A stretch of 63,827 nt of DNA, the filler included, from Reclinomonas americana ATCC 50394 (lineage: Eukaryota), in NCBI GenBank assembly GCA_048213135.1. It is 16 parts of 16 records of this genome, joined end to end, with 100 filler letters (N's around TTAATTAATTAA, not from the genome) between each part and the next. Parts side by side here need not be neighbours in the genome. Positions count along the whole stretch, not along the records: positions 1 to 7,510 come from AFZH01017412.1; positions 7,611 to 10,872 come from AFZH01017414.1; 14 more parts are not named here. One strand, given 5' to 3'. The notes beneath the pieces were generated by a model that did not search any database, was not told the DNA's origin, and saw nothing but the letters and a program-made list of their open reading frames with translations. The translations under genes and the position numbers were made by a program. Of the stretch, positions 1 to 10,541 are shown piece by piece; within the stretch, counting starts at the first letter, position 1; each line of letters opens with the position of its first letter.

Positions 1-689
1 CCACCACTCTGCGTGCGCAACATGAGAAAAGCCCACGGCCTTGACTACATGCTCGTGCTCAAAGCTCTCCTTCTCCGTGCCACCGAGGGCGTCCCACACG
101 CGTGCCGTGTAGTCGGCACTGGCCGTCGCCACCAGCAGCGCCTGTCGGTTGATGGCCGCATCCCACACGGCGCCCTTGTGTCCCTCGAAGGTGCCCACCC
201 AGTCCTGCACACATGCGCGCGTGTGAGGCACAGAGAGAGAGAGTGCGTGTGTGCACAAGTGGACATTTTTCCTCGTCGTGTCTTGCACGCCTCACTCTGC
301 GTGCTCTCCTTTTTTCTCTCTCTCTCCTTCACGTGCAGAGACGCGCACTGTGACGCAGTGTGTGCATGCAACGCTCTCTTGCATGCACGCGCACACAGCA
401 TGCATGTGCATGCAACGTTGTCCGCAACTCCACTCTCTCCATTCCTCAGCATCGGCAAGCCATCCAGCGACGCCGACACCATCCAGAAGCTTCCCTCCAC
501 CAGTGGCGAGTACGCAAAGTTCATAATCGGCCGCGTGTGCCCCGTGCACAGCACCGAAAACGCCGACGATGATGACGAAGGAGAAGACGACATGGCCACG
601 GGATTCCCTGCTGCTCCTGCTGCTCCTGAGGAGGAGGACAGCGAGGCGGCGGCAAAGGAGGCGGCGAGACCGGTGCGTGGCGAGCTCAT
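1..689 (-). CDS. STRAP: Serine-threonine kinase receptor-associated protein (STRAP/UNRIP, WD40), 5' part; runs off the window start
   Basis: Exon 689-429 encodes VLCTGHTRPIMNFAYS...SASLDGLPMLRNGESG. After a GT-AG intron (428-205), exon 204-22 encodes DWVGTFEGHKGAVW...ATASADYTARVWDA. This matches the STRAP N-terminus (CSGHTRPVV...[25 protein letters not shown]). The start may be the ATG at 593 instead. Confidence 0.9.
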
Positions 690-1040
690 TTACTTACAAT
701 GATGATTTTTTGGTCGGATGATGATGTGCCGCAGTGACATCTTACGGTTTGTTGCATTTACACTAATCACCGCCGTACATCATCGAAAAGTTCTCTTGTT
801 GCGCGGAGACCGGCACCCTCTCGTTTTGTGTCGTTTTTTTCGCGCTTGTCTCTTCTTCTTTGTGGCGTCTTCCCTCTCCCACACCCCCGTCGGATTTCGA
901 TATTGACGATGAGGTGCGTGCTGTCTTTGTTGTTGTTGTTGGCATGCTTCCCCCATACTTGGGACGACTGGTGGTTGTCCGAGGTTTCGCTCACTCGCAG
1001 CTCCTCTCGCCTTCCCCTCCTCAGCCCACGAGTATCGCTA

Positions 1041-1820
1041 ATGGTGGCGATAGTGGCGATGGCGATGGTAGTGCTGCTGGCGGTGACGGTCGCCGCCGAG
1101 CCCAAGAATCAACATCCGACGGTTAATCCGGCGTACCGACATTTGGTGGCGTCGACGACGCGACAAGCGACGGAGAAGCGCCAGAACAAGCTGCTCGAGA
1201 CGTTCCACAACCGCGTGGAGAACCTCCGGTTGCACCCAGAGCGCCGGACGCAGAAATCGACGCGCACGCTGAGCGTCAGCAAGTGCATGAGCCAGCAGGT
1301 GGTGCCGTCGTGCAATGGCAAGCTGGTGCTGCAAGTCAAGCAGGCCTCGTACCGCCCGGCGCAGAACCTCGAGTGCAGCGACAACCTCGCTGTGCCGGCG
1401 TCGCCCGTCTTCAACAACCACAAGGTGTCGGCGTTCCAGCGCGACGTCAACTGGCTCCACGCCACGGTGCCGCAGACTGGTCGCTCCGCACCGCTGCTCG
1501 ATCGCCTCCACCGCACCGAGTACACCACCTCGCCGCCCAAGAACCAGCCGCTCAACAACAAGCTGCTGACCAAGCATCCGCTCAACTTCCTCACTGGCCA
1601 GCAGGACAAGTACAACAAGAGCCACCTGACGCGCCCGATTGCACAGGCTCGCTGCCTCACGTTCGACGTGCGCGAGGACGTCATGCGCATGTGTGACGGT
1701 CGTACCAACTGCCAGTTCCGACCGGACCTGGAGTTCGTCACCAAGTGCCCGTCACCCTCCACCAAGTACCTGTTGGAGATGACGTACGAGTGCGTGCTGC
1801 CCTCGGAGACCGATGAATAA
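1041..1820 (+). CDS. Secreted protein with an interrupted SUEL/galactose-binding lectin-like domain
   Basis: Single exon with a hydrophobic signal peptide (MVAIVAMAMVVLLAVTVAA). The pattern C..SC..LQVKQASY..C...C..V..MCDGRTNC..CP..TKYLLEMTYEC fits the SUEL lectin consensus. Confidence 0.65.
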   Translation: MVAIVAMAMVVLLAVTVAAEPKNQHPTVNPAYRHLVASTTRQATEKRQNKLLETFHNRVENLRLHPERRTQKSTRTLSVSKCMSQQVVPSCNGKLVLQVKQASYRPAQNLECSDNLAVPASPVFNNHKVSAFQRDVNWLHATVPQTGRSAPLLDRLHRTEYTTSPPKNQPLNNKLLTKHPLNFLTGQQDKYNKSHLTRPIAQARCLTFDVREDVMRMCDGRTNCQFRPDLEFVTKCPSPSTKYLLEMTYECVLPSETDE

Positions 1821-2001
1821 GCGCGTCGCCCTACCTTTCTTCTCCATGTCACAGTCTGTGCGATCCCAATTTTGCCTTGTTGTTGCTGTTGTTGTTGTTG
1901 TTGTTTATCACTAGAAAAGAGTGCACCTCTTGCGCGGTGGGGTTTTCTGATTGTAGTCCTTGCCCCCTATTCCGTGTGGAGAATGTACTCGATGTCTTGC
2001 G

Positions 2002-3167
2002 TTACAATGCCGAGTCAATGGCCCACTGAATCCATTCCCTCAGCGAGTCTACCGTGGTGACCCCGCGCAGAGCGTGTGTGTCGTTGACTTTGATCAGTCG
2101 CGCAGCACGAGCCCCTGCATCCATCCACACACAAGAGAAAAATGCAAATGTCAGTCAGTTTGGTGAGGGCCGGCCATGCAGTCACTGCCACGCACCCGCT
2201 CTGGTGACTCTGGCAACTAATCGCTCGGAATGAGACATCGGAATCGTGGCATCGTGTTCGCCATGCACGATCAGCACCGCCACGGTCTTGGACAGAAGCC
2301 TGCACGCGCACACACATAGAGAGCGAGGAGAACACCAGTGTAAGCAACGCAGACACACGCCAGGTGAGGTGTCGTCGTGGCCACACAGACTTTGGCATCC
2401 AGTAGTCGTCGCTGCAGTTGGCAATCCCAAAGGCCTTCTCGCCCGCTGGCGCCAGCAACACTGTCGGTCCACGCCATTGACCCTGTGCACCACTGGCGTG
2501 AGAGAGCAAGTACGCTTGAGGTGGCCATTGTCCGTTTCGCGCGCACCGTGGCCAGCAGGCGGCAAGCGACCGCGCCACCAAACGACGAGGCGACGACCAC
2601 ATCAGGCTGGAATTCGCGAATGACTTCTGTTTGGATACGAGCAGCGCGATCCAGAACCTCCCGCACACCGCGACAAAAGAGCCAACGACCGAGAAACGCC
2701 GATGCCAACAGTTGTAGACCGGCGACCACCAACACAGCCGCTTGTCGGATTATTCCGGTTCCCGCAAACATGCTGCGATTACGATGACGATGACGATCAA
2801 TCCGTCAATCACTCACACAGACACGAGAGAATGCGAGATGTGTGCGTCTCACCCGATAGACACAATGTTGTAGGCCACTAGACCACCAAGCATGGCAAAG
2901 TACCGAATGCGCAGCAGGCGCGCGTTGACAGAACACTGCTCATCATTCAGAAATCAATCGCATGCACACGCATGCACATCGACTCACAGAGACACACACC
3001 TGCATGCTGCGACAGACGACGCGCTGTGTTCCGCACAGGTTGGTCAGCAGTCGATGCTTGCCACCTCCTGGTCGGCTCTCCAGCCCGTGCATGAAGAGCA
3101 CACGTGGCGGCCACGACGTCTTGCGTACCACTGGCACGTTGCTCGCCGCCGCTGCCTCGGCCGACAT
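2002..3167 (-). CDS. Alpha/beta hydrolase (esterase-like), multi-exon, with internal hydrophobic segments
   Basis: Spliced motifs appear in the expected order: VLFMHGLES (oxyanion region), VVVASSFGGAVA (nucleophile elbow), TVLLAPA, LIVHGEHDATIP (acid), NDTHAL (His). Stop TAA at 2002-2004. Confidence 0.8.
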
Positions 3168-3428
3168 GGACAGGCGGACGTAGTTGTTGTCGTGGGGAGT
3201 GCTCATCTCTCTCTCCCAGCGAGTGCACGTGTGTGGTTTGGTTGCGTGAAACTCTCGCCCGTCCACTGGCAGTTTCATAATTGCAACTTCTCTTCATTGG
3301 CGATTCGCGCTCTACACACAACAACAACAAGCAGACAAACAGGCACATGCAAAACACACAAACATCCTAGGCAAAAACAATCCGCATTGGCGCCGATGCT
3401 GCCGCTCTGTGCACGAGAGGAGTCGTAG

Positions 3429-6400
3429 TCAGTCAACCAAGAAAATCACAAAAAGCCCTGCCCCCAGACAACTTGCAGACCCTCGATTGAGTCGCGGCAG
3501 TTGCAGCATCTTGGCACGCAGGTGCTCTTTCAACGCCTGCTGCGACGACGTCGGCGTGCTGGGTCCCTGATCCGTCAGCGATGCGCTGTCAGCACGCACC
3601 GGCTGCGCCGTGTCGTCGTCTTCTGACGAGGACGACGTCACTCGCTGGTGTGCATGGGTCTTGCCGCCCTCGGCGCTGGAGGGCAACGAATTACGCCGAC
3701 CTCCAGCCCGTCCGTTGGTTGGCGCTGCCGTGGTGGCGTTCTGCGGCGGCGACGCATGCAGCGGGCCGCGCACCTCCGGCATCGGTGGCTTCGGTTTCAA
3801 CAGTGGTGAGCGCGCCGATTGCGGTGGCGACGGCACCGACAACTCGCACACAGCAGCACTGATCGCGTTGAACAGGTGCAGCGTATCCACATACTCGGGG
3901 TGCTCTTCGCCCAGCGATGTGCGCTGCGCCAGCAAGCAGAACTGTGCGAGCTCCAGCGCATCGGCGGTGCGGTTCACGAACGGCAGCAGCGAGGCCAGCG
4001 CCTTGGCACTCTCCACTGTGTCGTGATGTTCTACACACGGCCGGGGATGAGGGCTACGAAGAGGCAGGAAGCATAGCTAGCATATGTACCGGATCCCAGA
4101 ATGCGCCGACGCATTTGCAGGTTCTTCTCGTGACGCTCCACAGCCTCGCCCATGCAGTTGATGCTGCTCAGGCAGTTGGCGATATTATGCGCCGACACCA
4201 TGGCTACAAACAGGGACGCGCGGACGTCAGTGCGCAGGTGTCCTCGCCAGCGACACGCGAATCGACACGCAACTGTGCGGATGCTCCGGTCCCAACTCCA
4301 CTTTTTGAATGTCAAACGTCTGCTCAAACATGACGAACGCCTCGCCCACCTTGCCTTGAGCGTACATTGCTGCGTGCCGACAATGTGAGTGTACAATCAA
4401 ACAAAAGAGCACGGACACACGCACGCACCAGCAGCACAGTTGTTCATGGACCACAACCTGAGAAGAAGTGGAATCAGTCCGACATGTGCGCAGACAGCAC
4501 ACAACGACAGCAAAATGTATGCTCACGTGTGCTCATGTCGCGGGCCAAGTTGCCGTTTCCGCTCCGACAGGCATGCGTCGTACAATTCGGCAGCCTCGTC
4601 ATACCGTCCAAGTGCAAATAATGAATTACCCTGCAGCGTGCCACCATGATGAGCATTGCATGTGTGCACAAGAGAATGAACGTGTAGTTCGATCATCGCA
4701 CCAGGTTTGCCATGGACCTGCGCGCCGCGAAAGTGTCAACACAGGACGACAACTCAGAAGCCACACACACACAATACCCACCAAAGCGTGTCCGGTGCCT
4801 CCAGCCCCAACAGTCGCTGACGTCGTTCGAGACACTCGCGATGCAGTACCACTGCTTCCTCGTGACGTGACATGGCATCCAGAGCCAGGGCACGGTTGTT
4901 GAGGGCGCCACATGTCCACGGATGGTCGACACCGCGCGTACGAATCATGGAGTCGTAGACCTTGGTGTGCAACGCAAACGCGTCCCTGCATCGCCAAGGA
5001 CACGCTTGAGGGAGTCGCGGGAGAGAGAAAAGAAAAGACCTCATCTCGAACACGCACTGGTGCCGGTTGAGCAGCGAGAGAACGTTGGCGAGCGACGTGG
5101 CCTCGGCCAGATACTCGTCGCTGTCGACGCCAAACGACTTGTCGTACGTCTCCAGCACGGCGGCATGCAGCGCAGCGGCCTCGTGTGGCGACGCCCGCGT
5201 GAGCGCCAGTGCCAGGTTGTGCATGGCGGCAATGGTCAGTGGATCATCGTCACCCAGCGTTTGCTGTCGAACTGTACACACATGACGATGCAGATCGGCG
5301 GCACGTTTGTGCACACCCATCACATCCAAACAATTGGCCAGATTGCACATGGCACCGAGCGTCTCTGTGTACACAGTGTCAGCAATTCCAGCAGACACAC
5401 TCTCCGTGGAGCCGGGCGACCACGCACCGACTGCATCGCTGCCGAGGATCTCGATTCGGCCCTGCACACACTCCTCAAAGTAGGATATCGCCTGCGAGTA
5501 GTCGTCGAGGCGCATGTACACAGAGCCCACTGCGTGGACCGAGCGCAGTGTGTCGCGATGCTTGGGACCCAGCACCTCCCGACGTGCACGCAGCGTCGAC
5601 TCTGCGACAGGTGATATTTGACACGCGATGAGAGAGCGCGAAACACACAAGAGAATGCATGGATCGCGCAGCAGTCGCACCGTGAATCTGGAGAGCGTCC
5701 TCTGCAGCTCCAAGATTCAACTGGTCGTTGCCGAGATGGTACATGCGATTCAGCGTCGACGGATGCATGTCACCAAAGAGTTGCTGTGCGTGGCACATAT
5801 AGAGTCGACAGTGAGGAACAATGCGCACAGCACGGTGCGGCAGTGCACGCAACATGACGAATGCGTGCCGACGTCGTATCCAGTGCGAGACACTGCCATC
5901 ACCAGCGGTGAGTGGCCATGGTAGCAGTGCGAAACGCCCATTCTTTCTCTTGCTTCGTCCACTCACCTCATCGAACCGCCGTAATCTGCGCCACACGTCG
6001 TCTGCCAGCTCCTCTGCCGTGCGCAGTGTCTCGATATTCGCCCCACCCAAATTATGATCAAACAACTCCAGTGCCTTGCGGTACAGCGTGGTGGCGGTGT
6101 CGGTGTCGCCGTCGGCCAGCAACAAACGCGCCGACCGTCGCACAGCGACTGGATCCGAATCGACCTCTGCAAGAAACAACAAGTCAGCGATATCGAAAAT
6201 CACGGATAGCAGCTGTCGCACGCGCAACTTTCGTGCAACTCGCCCCACACCGCCTCGATCGCCTGGCTCATCATGCCGTCACGACTCACCATGGCCGCCA
6301 CCTCGAGCAGAAACTCGACCACCTGCTCCCGCAAAACGCCATCGCATGCACTCAGCAGGCAAGGTCGAATCGCAGCAATCACCGTCTCCGTCGACTGGAA

Positions 6401-6988
6401 CATGGGCGCCAGCGGCGACGACGACAACGGCACCGCCGACGGCGACAGAGCGGGGAACTCGAGACGCGCCGAGGCCATCAGCCTCACCATCTCCACACGA
6501 TCCATTTCATCGTCTGTCGATGGCGATGTGAGGGAGGGAATCTGCACAGGGAACGTGGAGTGCGTGGAGCGTGCAACCAACGCAACGCTCTTTGCTCATC
6601 TGGAACGACTCATCATCCTCCAGTGTCACTGCGCCGGCACTGTGACCGCGCGTGGGCACACACGAGGCCAGCCATCGCATCAGTCGTTCAAACTCGCTCT
6701 CCAGCCACGCCCGCCGGTAGGTCAAGCGCGCCAGTGCGCCACACGTCACACTGGTCTCCACGTACGCCTCGCACGCACGCAGACACTCGTCCAATGAACT
6801 CTGCGACGACTGCGCTGTCAGGAAGAGCCCAAGCGCAAAAAGCGTTGTTGATCATCATTGAATGCAACTTCACTCGGCGGCGACATGACGCTGACCGCGA
6901 GGTTGGCCACGCCGCGCTTCTCACTGAGTGAGTCGGCACGTGTGTCGTCGGGTGCTGTGTATGTTCAAGCGTGAGTCTGGGCATCTCA

Positions 6989-7026
<38 letters not shown>

Positions 7027-7510
7027 TGAATGAATGAATGAATGCGCAACTGACATGCAGTGCCATGATGCGGTTTGCGCGCGCTGCGAGTCGATGAGAG
7101 CGCCACCACAGCACATGGATCGTGTCGTCGCCACTGTCGCTGCTGGCATCCAGGGCCTCGCGCACGTGATCGCTCATCGTACTCTTATGCACGCAAGCGC
7201 GCGCACACACACTTTGTCACACGCTCGTCTGCGATCGGTGTGATGCGTGTGCCAGGCACGCTCGCAAAGGGGATGGAAGCGTGCGCTGTTCGCGCGATGG
7301 CGAGTGCACGAGAACAGCAGCAACGACGTGCAGAGGGTGATTGAGAATTGCAAGTCTGTCCCGCAACTCGCTGTTGACCTTCGTTCTTCGATCGCCATCC
7401 CCCCGATCGAGTGACAAGCAGCTATGCAGTGTGGTCGCCAGCAGCTATTACACCTCATCCACTGTGATTCTTCCTTGCGACTCCAGCGAATTGCACTTCA
7501 CCCGTTCTCC
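3429..7510 (-). CDS. Multi-exon TPR protein (kinesin-light-chain/TPR_10-12 type repeats); 5' end uncertain, may extend into the gap
   Basis: Many ~42-aa repeats, e.g. RREVLGPKHRDTLRSVHAVG, RQQTLGDDDPLTIAAMHNLA, RTSLGEEHPEYVDT, followed by a Pro/Ser-rich tail. Exon-like segments continue up to the spacer at 7511. Confidence 0.75.
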
Positions 7511-7727
7511 NNNNNNNNNNNNNNNNNNNNNNNNNNNNNNNNNNNNNNNNNNNNTTAATTAATTAANNNNNNNNNNNNNNNNNNNNNNNNNNNNNNNNNN
7601 NNNNNNNNNNAGCAACAGCAGTGGCAGTGCCACGAGGAGCAAAGTTCCCCCTCGCGTATGCATGTGCGGATAATTTGATTTTGGCGGGAGACAACTTTTT
7701 TCGCGCCAATAACACTTTACATTTTTC

Positions 7728-9793
7728 TCAAAACCGCAAGTGCGGTGGGGGCTCGTTCAGTGGGATCTTGCCGACAGTGAATGTGGCGGCGGCGAATTCT
7801 GCTTCTGCCCAGGCGGGAATGCCACCTGCCGCACCGGGAGCGGCGGTCGCGACTTGCGTGGCGGCGGGAGCCGGTCGACCGCCGATGTGGGTGCCGGCCA
7901 TCGCTGGCAGTGTGCTTTTCGGGAGGGACGACACGCTGCCGAGGGGTTTCGTAAAGGAGGGCGCCGTTATACCGGACCCAGATGCTGCCATTCCAGACGA
8001 AGCCATGCCTGCAATTACACAATGTCAGCGGTGGCGCGAGCGCGATGCAAGATCAGCAACTCACCGCCAGAGGAGGCGGCAGCAGAAGAAGACGCGCCAC
8101 CACCACCGCCACCGCCCTGCGCCACTTCCTGCTCCATCTCCACCACCTGCTGCCGCACATAGTGCAACAACTCCTCGTACTGCTTTTGTTGATCCTGGAT
8201 GAGCTGACTCTCCATACGCACCTGCACACAATGTACATACACGTACAGGTGAGCAACAAAGAGGAAAAGGGTAACATGGTGCGCATCCCCAGCTAAATGC
8301 CACCACACGCAACATATGCCGTCGGATCCGACACAAAATTCTTGTACAACTCGTAGCGCAGCTCCTCCGGACTAACGTCGTTCACAATGAGTGCGGCCCC
8401 GTTCGCCGGACCACACGACGACAGCTTCCACATCAGTGTCTCCTCCTCCAAGCTCGTCTTCAGCAACTTCATCTCCTTCAGCGCCTTGGCCGCCGGATTG
8501 GAGCTATCTGCTCCGCCGTCACCGCCACCCATGCCCGGTGGACTCCCAGCAGTACCGGCGCCACCTGCATCACAATGGCGCGGTGAGCGAGAGGAGGAGG
8601 TCGCAGCGAGTTCAGTTTTCTTTTCGCAAACGCACCCTTGTTCCATCCACTGCCAGTGCTCTGACTGCCCCACCCACCGCCGCCCGTGCTGGTGGTCGAG
8701 GAGGTGCCCCAGCCACCTCCCGTACTTGACCCACGTCCCCAGCCACTGCCGGTGCTCGATGCGCCACCGCCCGTGCTTTGCGTGCCCCAACCACCACCTC
8801 CCCCACCTCCACGCCCGGCACCCCATCCACCGCCTCCACCACCACCACCACCACCCGTGGTCTTCCCCGAATTCCATCCGCCTCCTCCGCCAGTACCACG
8901 ACCGCCACCACCCCAGCCACCGCCACCGCCTCCAGTGTTGCTGCCTCTTCCTGCATTCCAACCGCTACCAGTGCCTCGACCTGCACCACTGTTCCATCCG
9001 CCTCCTCCACCGCCACCCGTATTGCCACGACCACCACCACCACCACCCCAGCCACCTCCTCCTCCAGTGCCTCGACCTGCGCCACTATTCCAGCCACCAC
9101 CACCACCACCACCACCACCCCAGCTGTTCGACGCCGGTCCTTGATCCCATCGACCGCCGCTGCCTCCTCCAGTCGACATGCTGCTGGTGTTCCACGCCGT
9201 CTTCAGCCCTGCACGCCACCGCTGCCGCATCAGCAACAGTGTATTCCCCATCGCACCGCACACACTTACTCACCAGCTCCTGTACTCGGCTGCGCTCCTC
9301 AATGAGAGTATGTAAGAAAAAGCGCGCGCGCGCCAGTGGATCACACTCACTCACCAGCGTGCTCCAGTTGCCACCACCACCACCACCACCACCACGCCCA
9401 CCACCGCGTCCACCACCGCCTTGTTGCGCAGCTGCCATACACACAGAGAGCACTGAGTAGCTGCGCCAGCAACTCACAACTTGCTCCTCACGCCAACTCA
9501 CCCATTCGCGATCCTTCCGTCTCCTCATATGGATGCAAGAACCTGCACGCACACAATCAGTCTCACTCTCTCTCTCACACACACGCACTTGCACATACAC
9601 AGAGGGAGCGCAACTTGCATCGTGGGCCGTACGAGCACTGGCCAGTCTCCTGAATGTTGCGACACATGGCAACAGGTCCTCCTCCTCCTCCACCACCTCC
9701 TCCACCACCTCCACGGCCACCTCCACCGCGTCCTCCTCCTCGTCCTCCACCTCGCCCACCTCCACGGTGGTGGTAGTGCTTCTTGCTCGACAT
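7728..9793 (-). CDS. NUP42: NUP42/NUPL2 (hCG1)-like nucleoporin with CCCH zinc finger, RGG and Gly/Trp repeats, and C-terminal GLE1-binding-type motif
   Basis: Spliced CRNIQETGQCSYGPRCK|FLHP is C-x8-C-x5-C-x3-H. The middle motif MWKLSS...DVSPEELRYELY and the C-terminus EFAAATFTVGKIPLNEPPP resemble human NUPL2 (DISPEELRLEY; FTLGKIPLKPPP). Confidence 0.8.
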
Positions 9794-9855
9794 TCAATCA
9801 CGAGAGAAAGAGGACGGTCACGGGACAGTCTTTCGTTCTTCTTTCGTTGTGTGCG

Positions 9856-10423
9856 ATGGCGCGAGTGCTTCTCAGCGTGTTGTGGTGGTCGTTTGTCTCT
9901 TGGCTGGTACCCTTCTTGGCCGCCTTTGCCTTCTTCACACCGGAAGGCAAGCTGGCGGTGGAGGAGCGCACATTCAAAACATGCATGATCATGGTTGATT
10001 CTTCTCTCTCTCTTTCGCTGTGTGTGTGTGCGCATCCTGTCTCTGACTTGTGTGTGTGTGGGTGGGTGAGCAGATTGGTGGCTCGGTCGGGGCATGGGCT
10101 GTGGCGCGCATCATGCGACTGGTCAGCGCGCGCAGGGGATTCTTGGTGGGCGTCGTCATGTTGACGGTGAACTGGGGTCTCGATCTTCTCATCCTCGTGC
10201 CGTTCCTCTCGCATCATGCCACGGTCGTTGACTACAGTTACGCGTGCACATGTCGCCTCCTGTGTGCATCATCCACGTCTCACGCAATCCCATCGCTGCA
10301 GTGCTCGACATTGGTCTGCGGTATGTTCCAATGCTGTTTGTCGCCTGGAACATGGGATCGGTGGCGCGCCATGCCAAGGCCTCTGGAGCTGCTGCTGCTG
10401 CTGCTGTCGACAAGAGCAAGTAA
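9856..10423 (+). CDS. Small (~140 aa) multi-pass membrane protein of unknown function
   Basis: Exons 9856-9993, 10074-10236 and 10302-10423 splice in frame through GT-AG introns: MARVLLSVLWWSFVSWLVPFLAAFAFF...FKTCMIM|IGGSVG...VNWGLDLLILVP...DY|MLDIGLRYVPMLF...K*. Confidence 0.7.
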
Positions 10424-10541
10424 CGAGGCGATACGAGGGAGTGTACACAAGCACAGCGCGCGCGTGAGTTTTACACAGTTGTCATTCGCGCGGGCGGAAA
10501 AAAGCTATGAAAGAAAAGCGAGAGCACGCGGGCAAGCAGGC

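Noticed and set aside
8387..9460. Plus-strand Pro-, His- or Thr-rich ORFs (extensin- or mucin-like)
   Set aside because: Antisense shadows of the Gly-rich NUP42-like exons on the minus strand.
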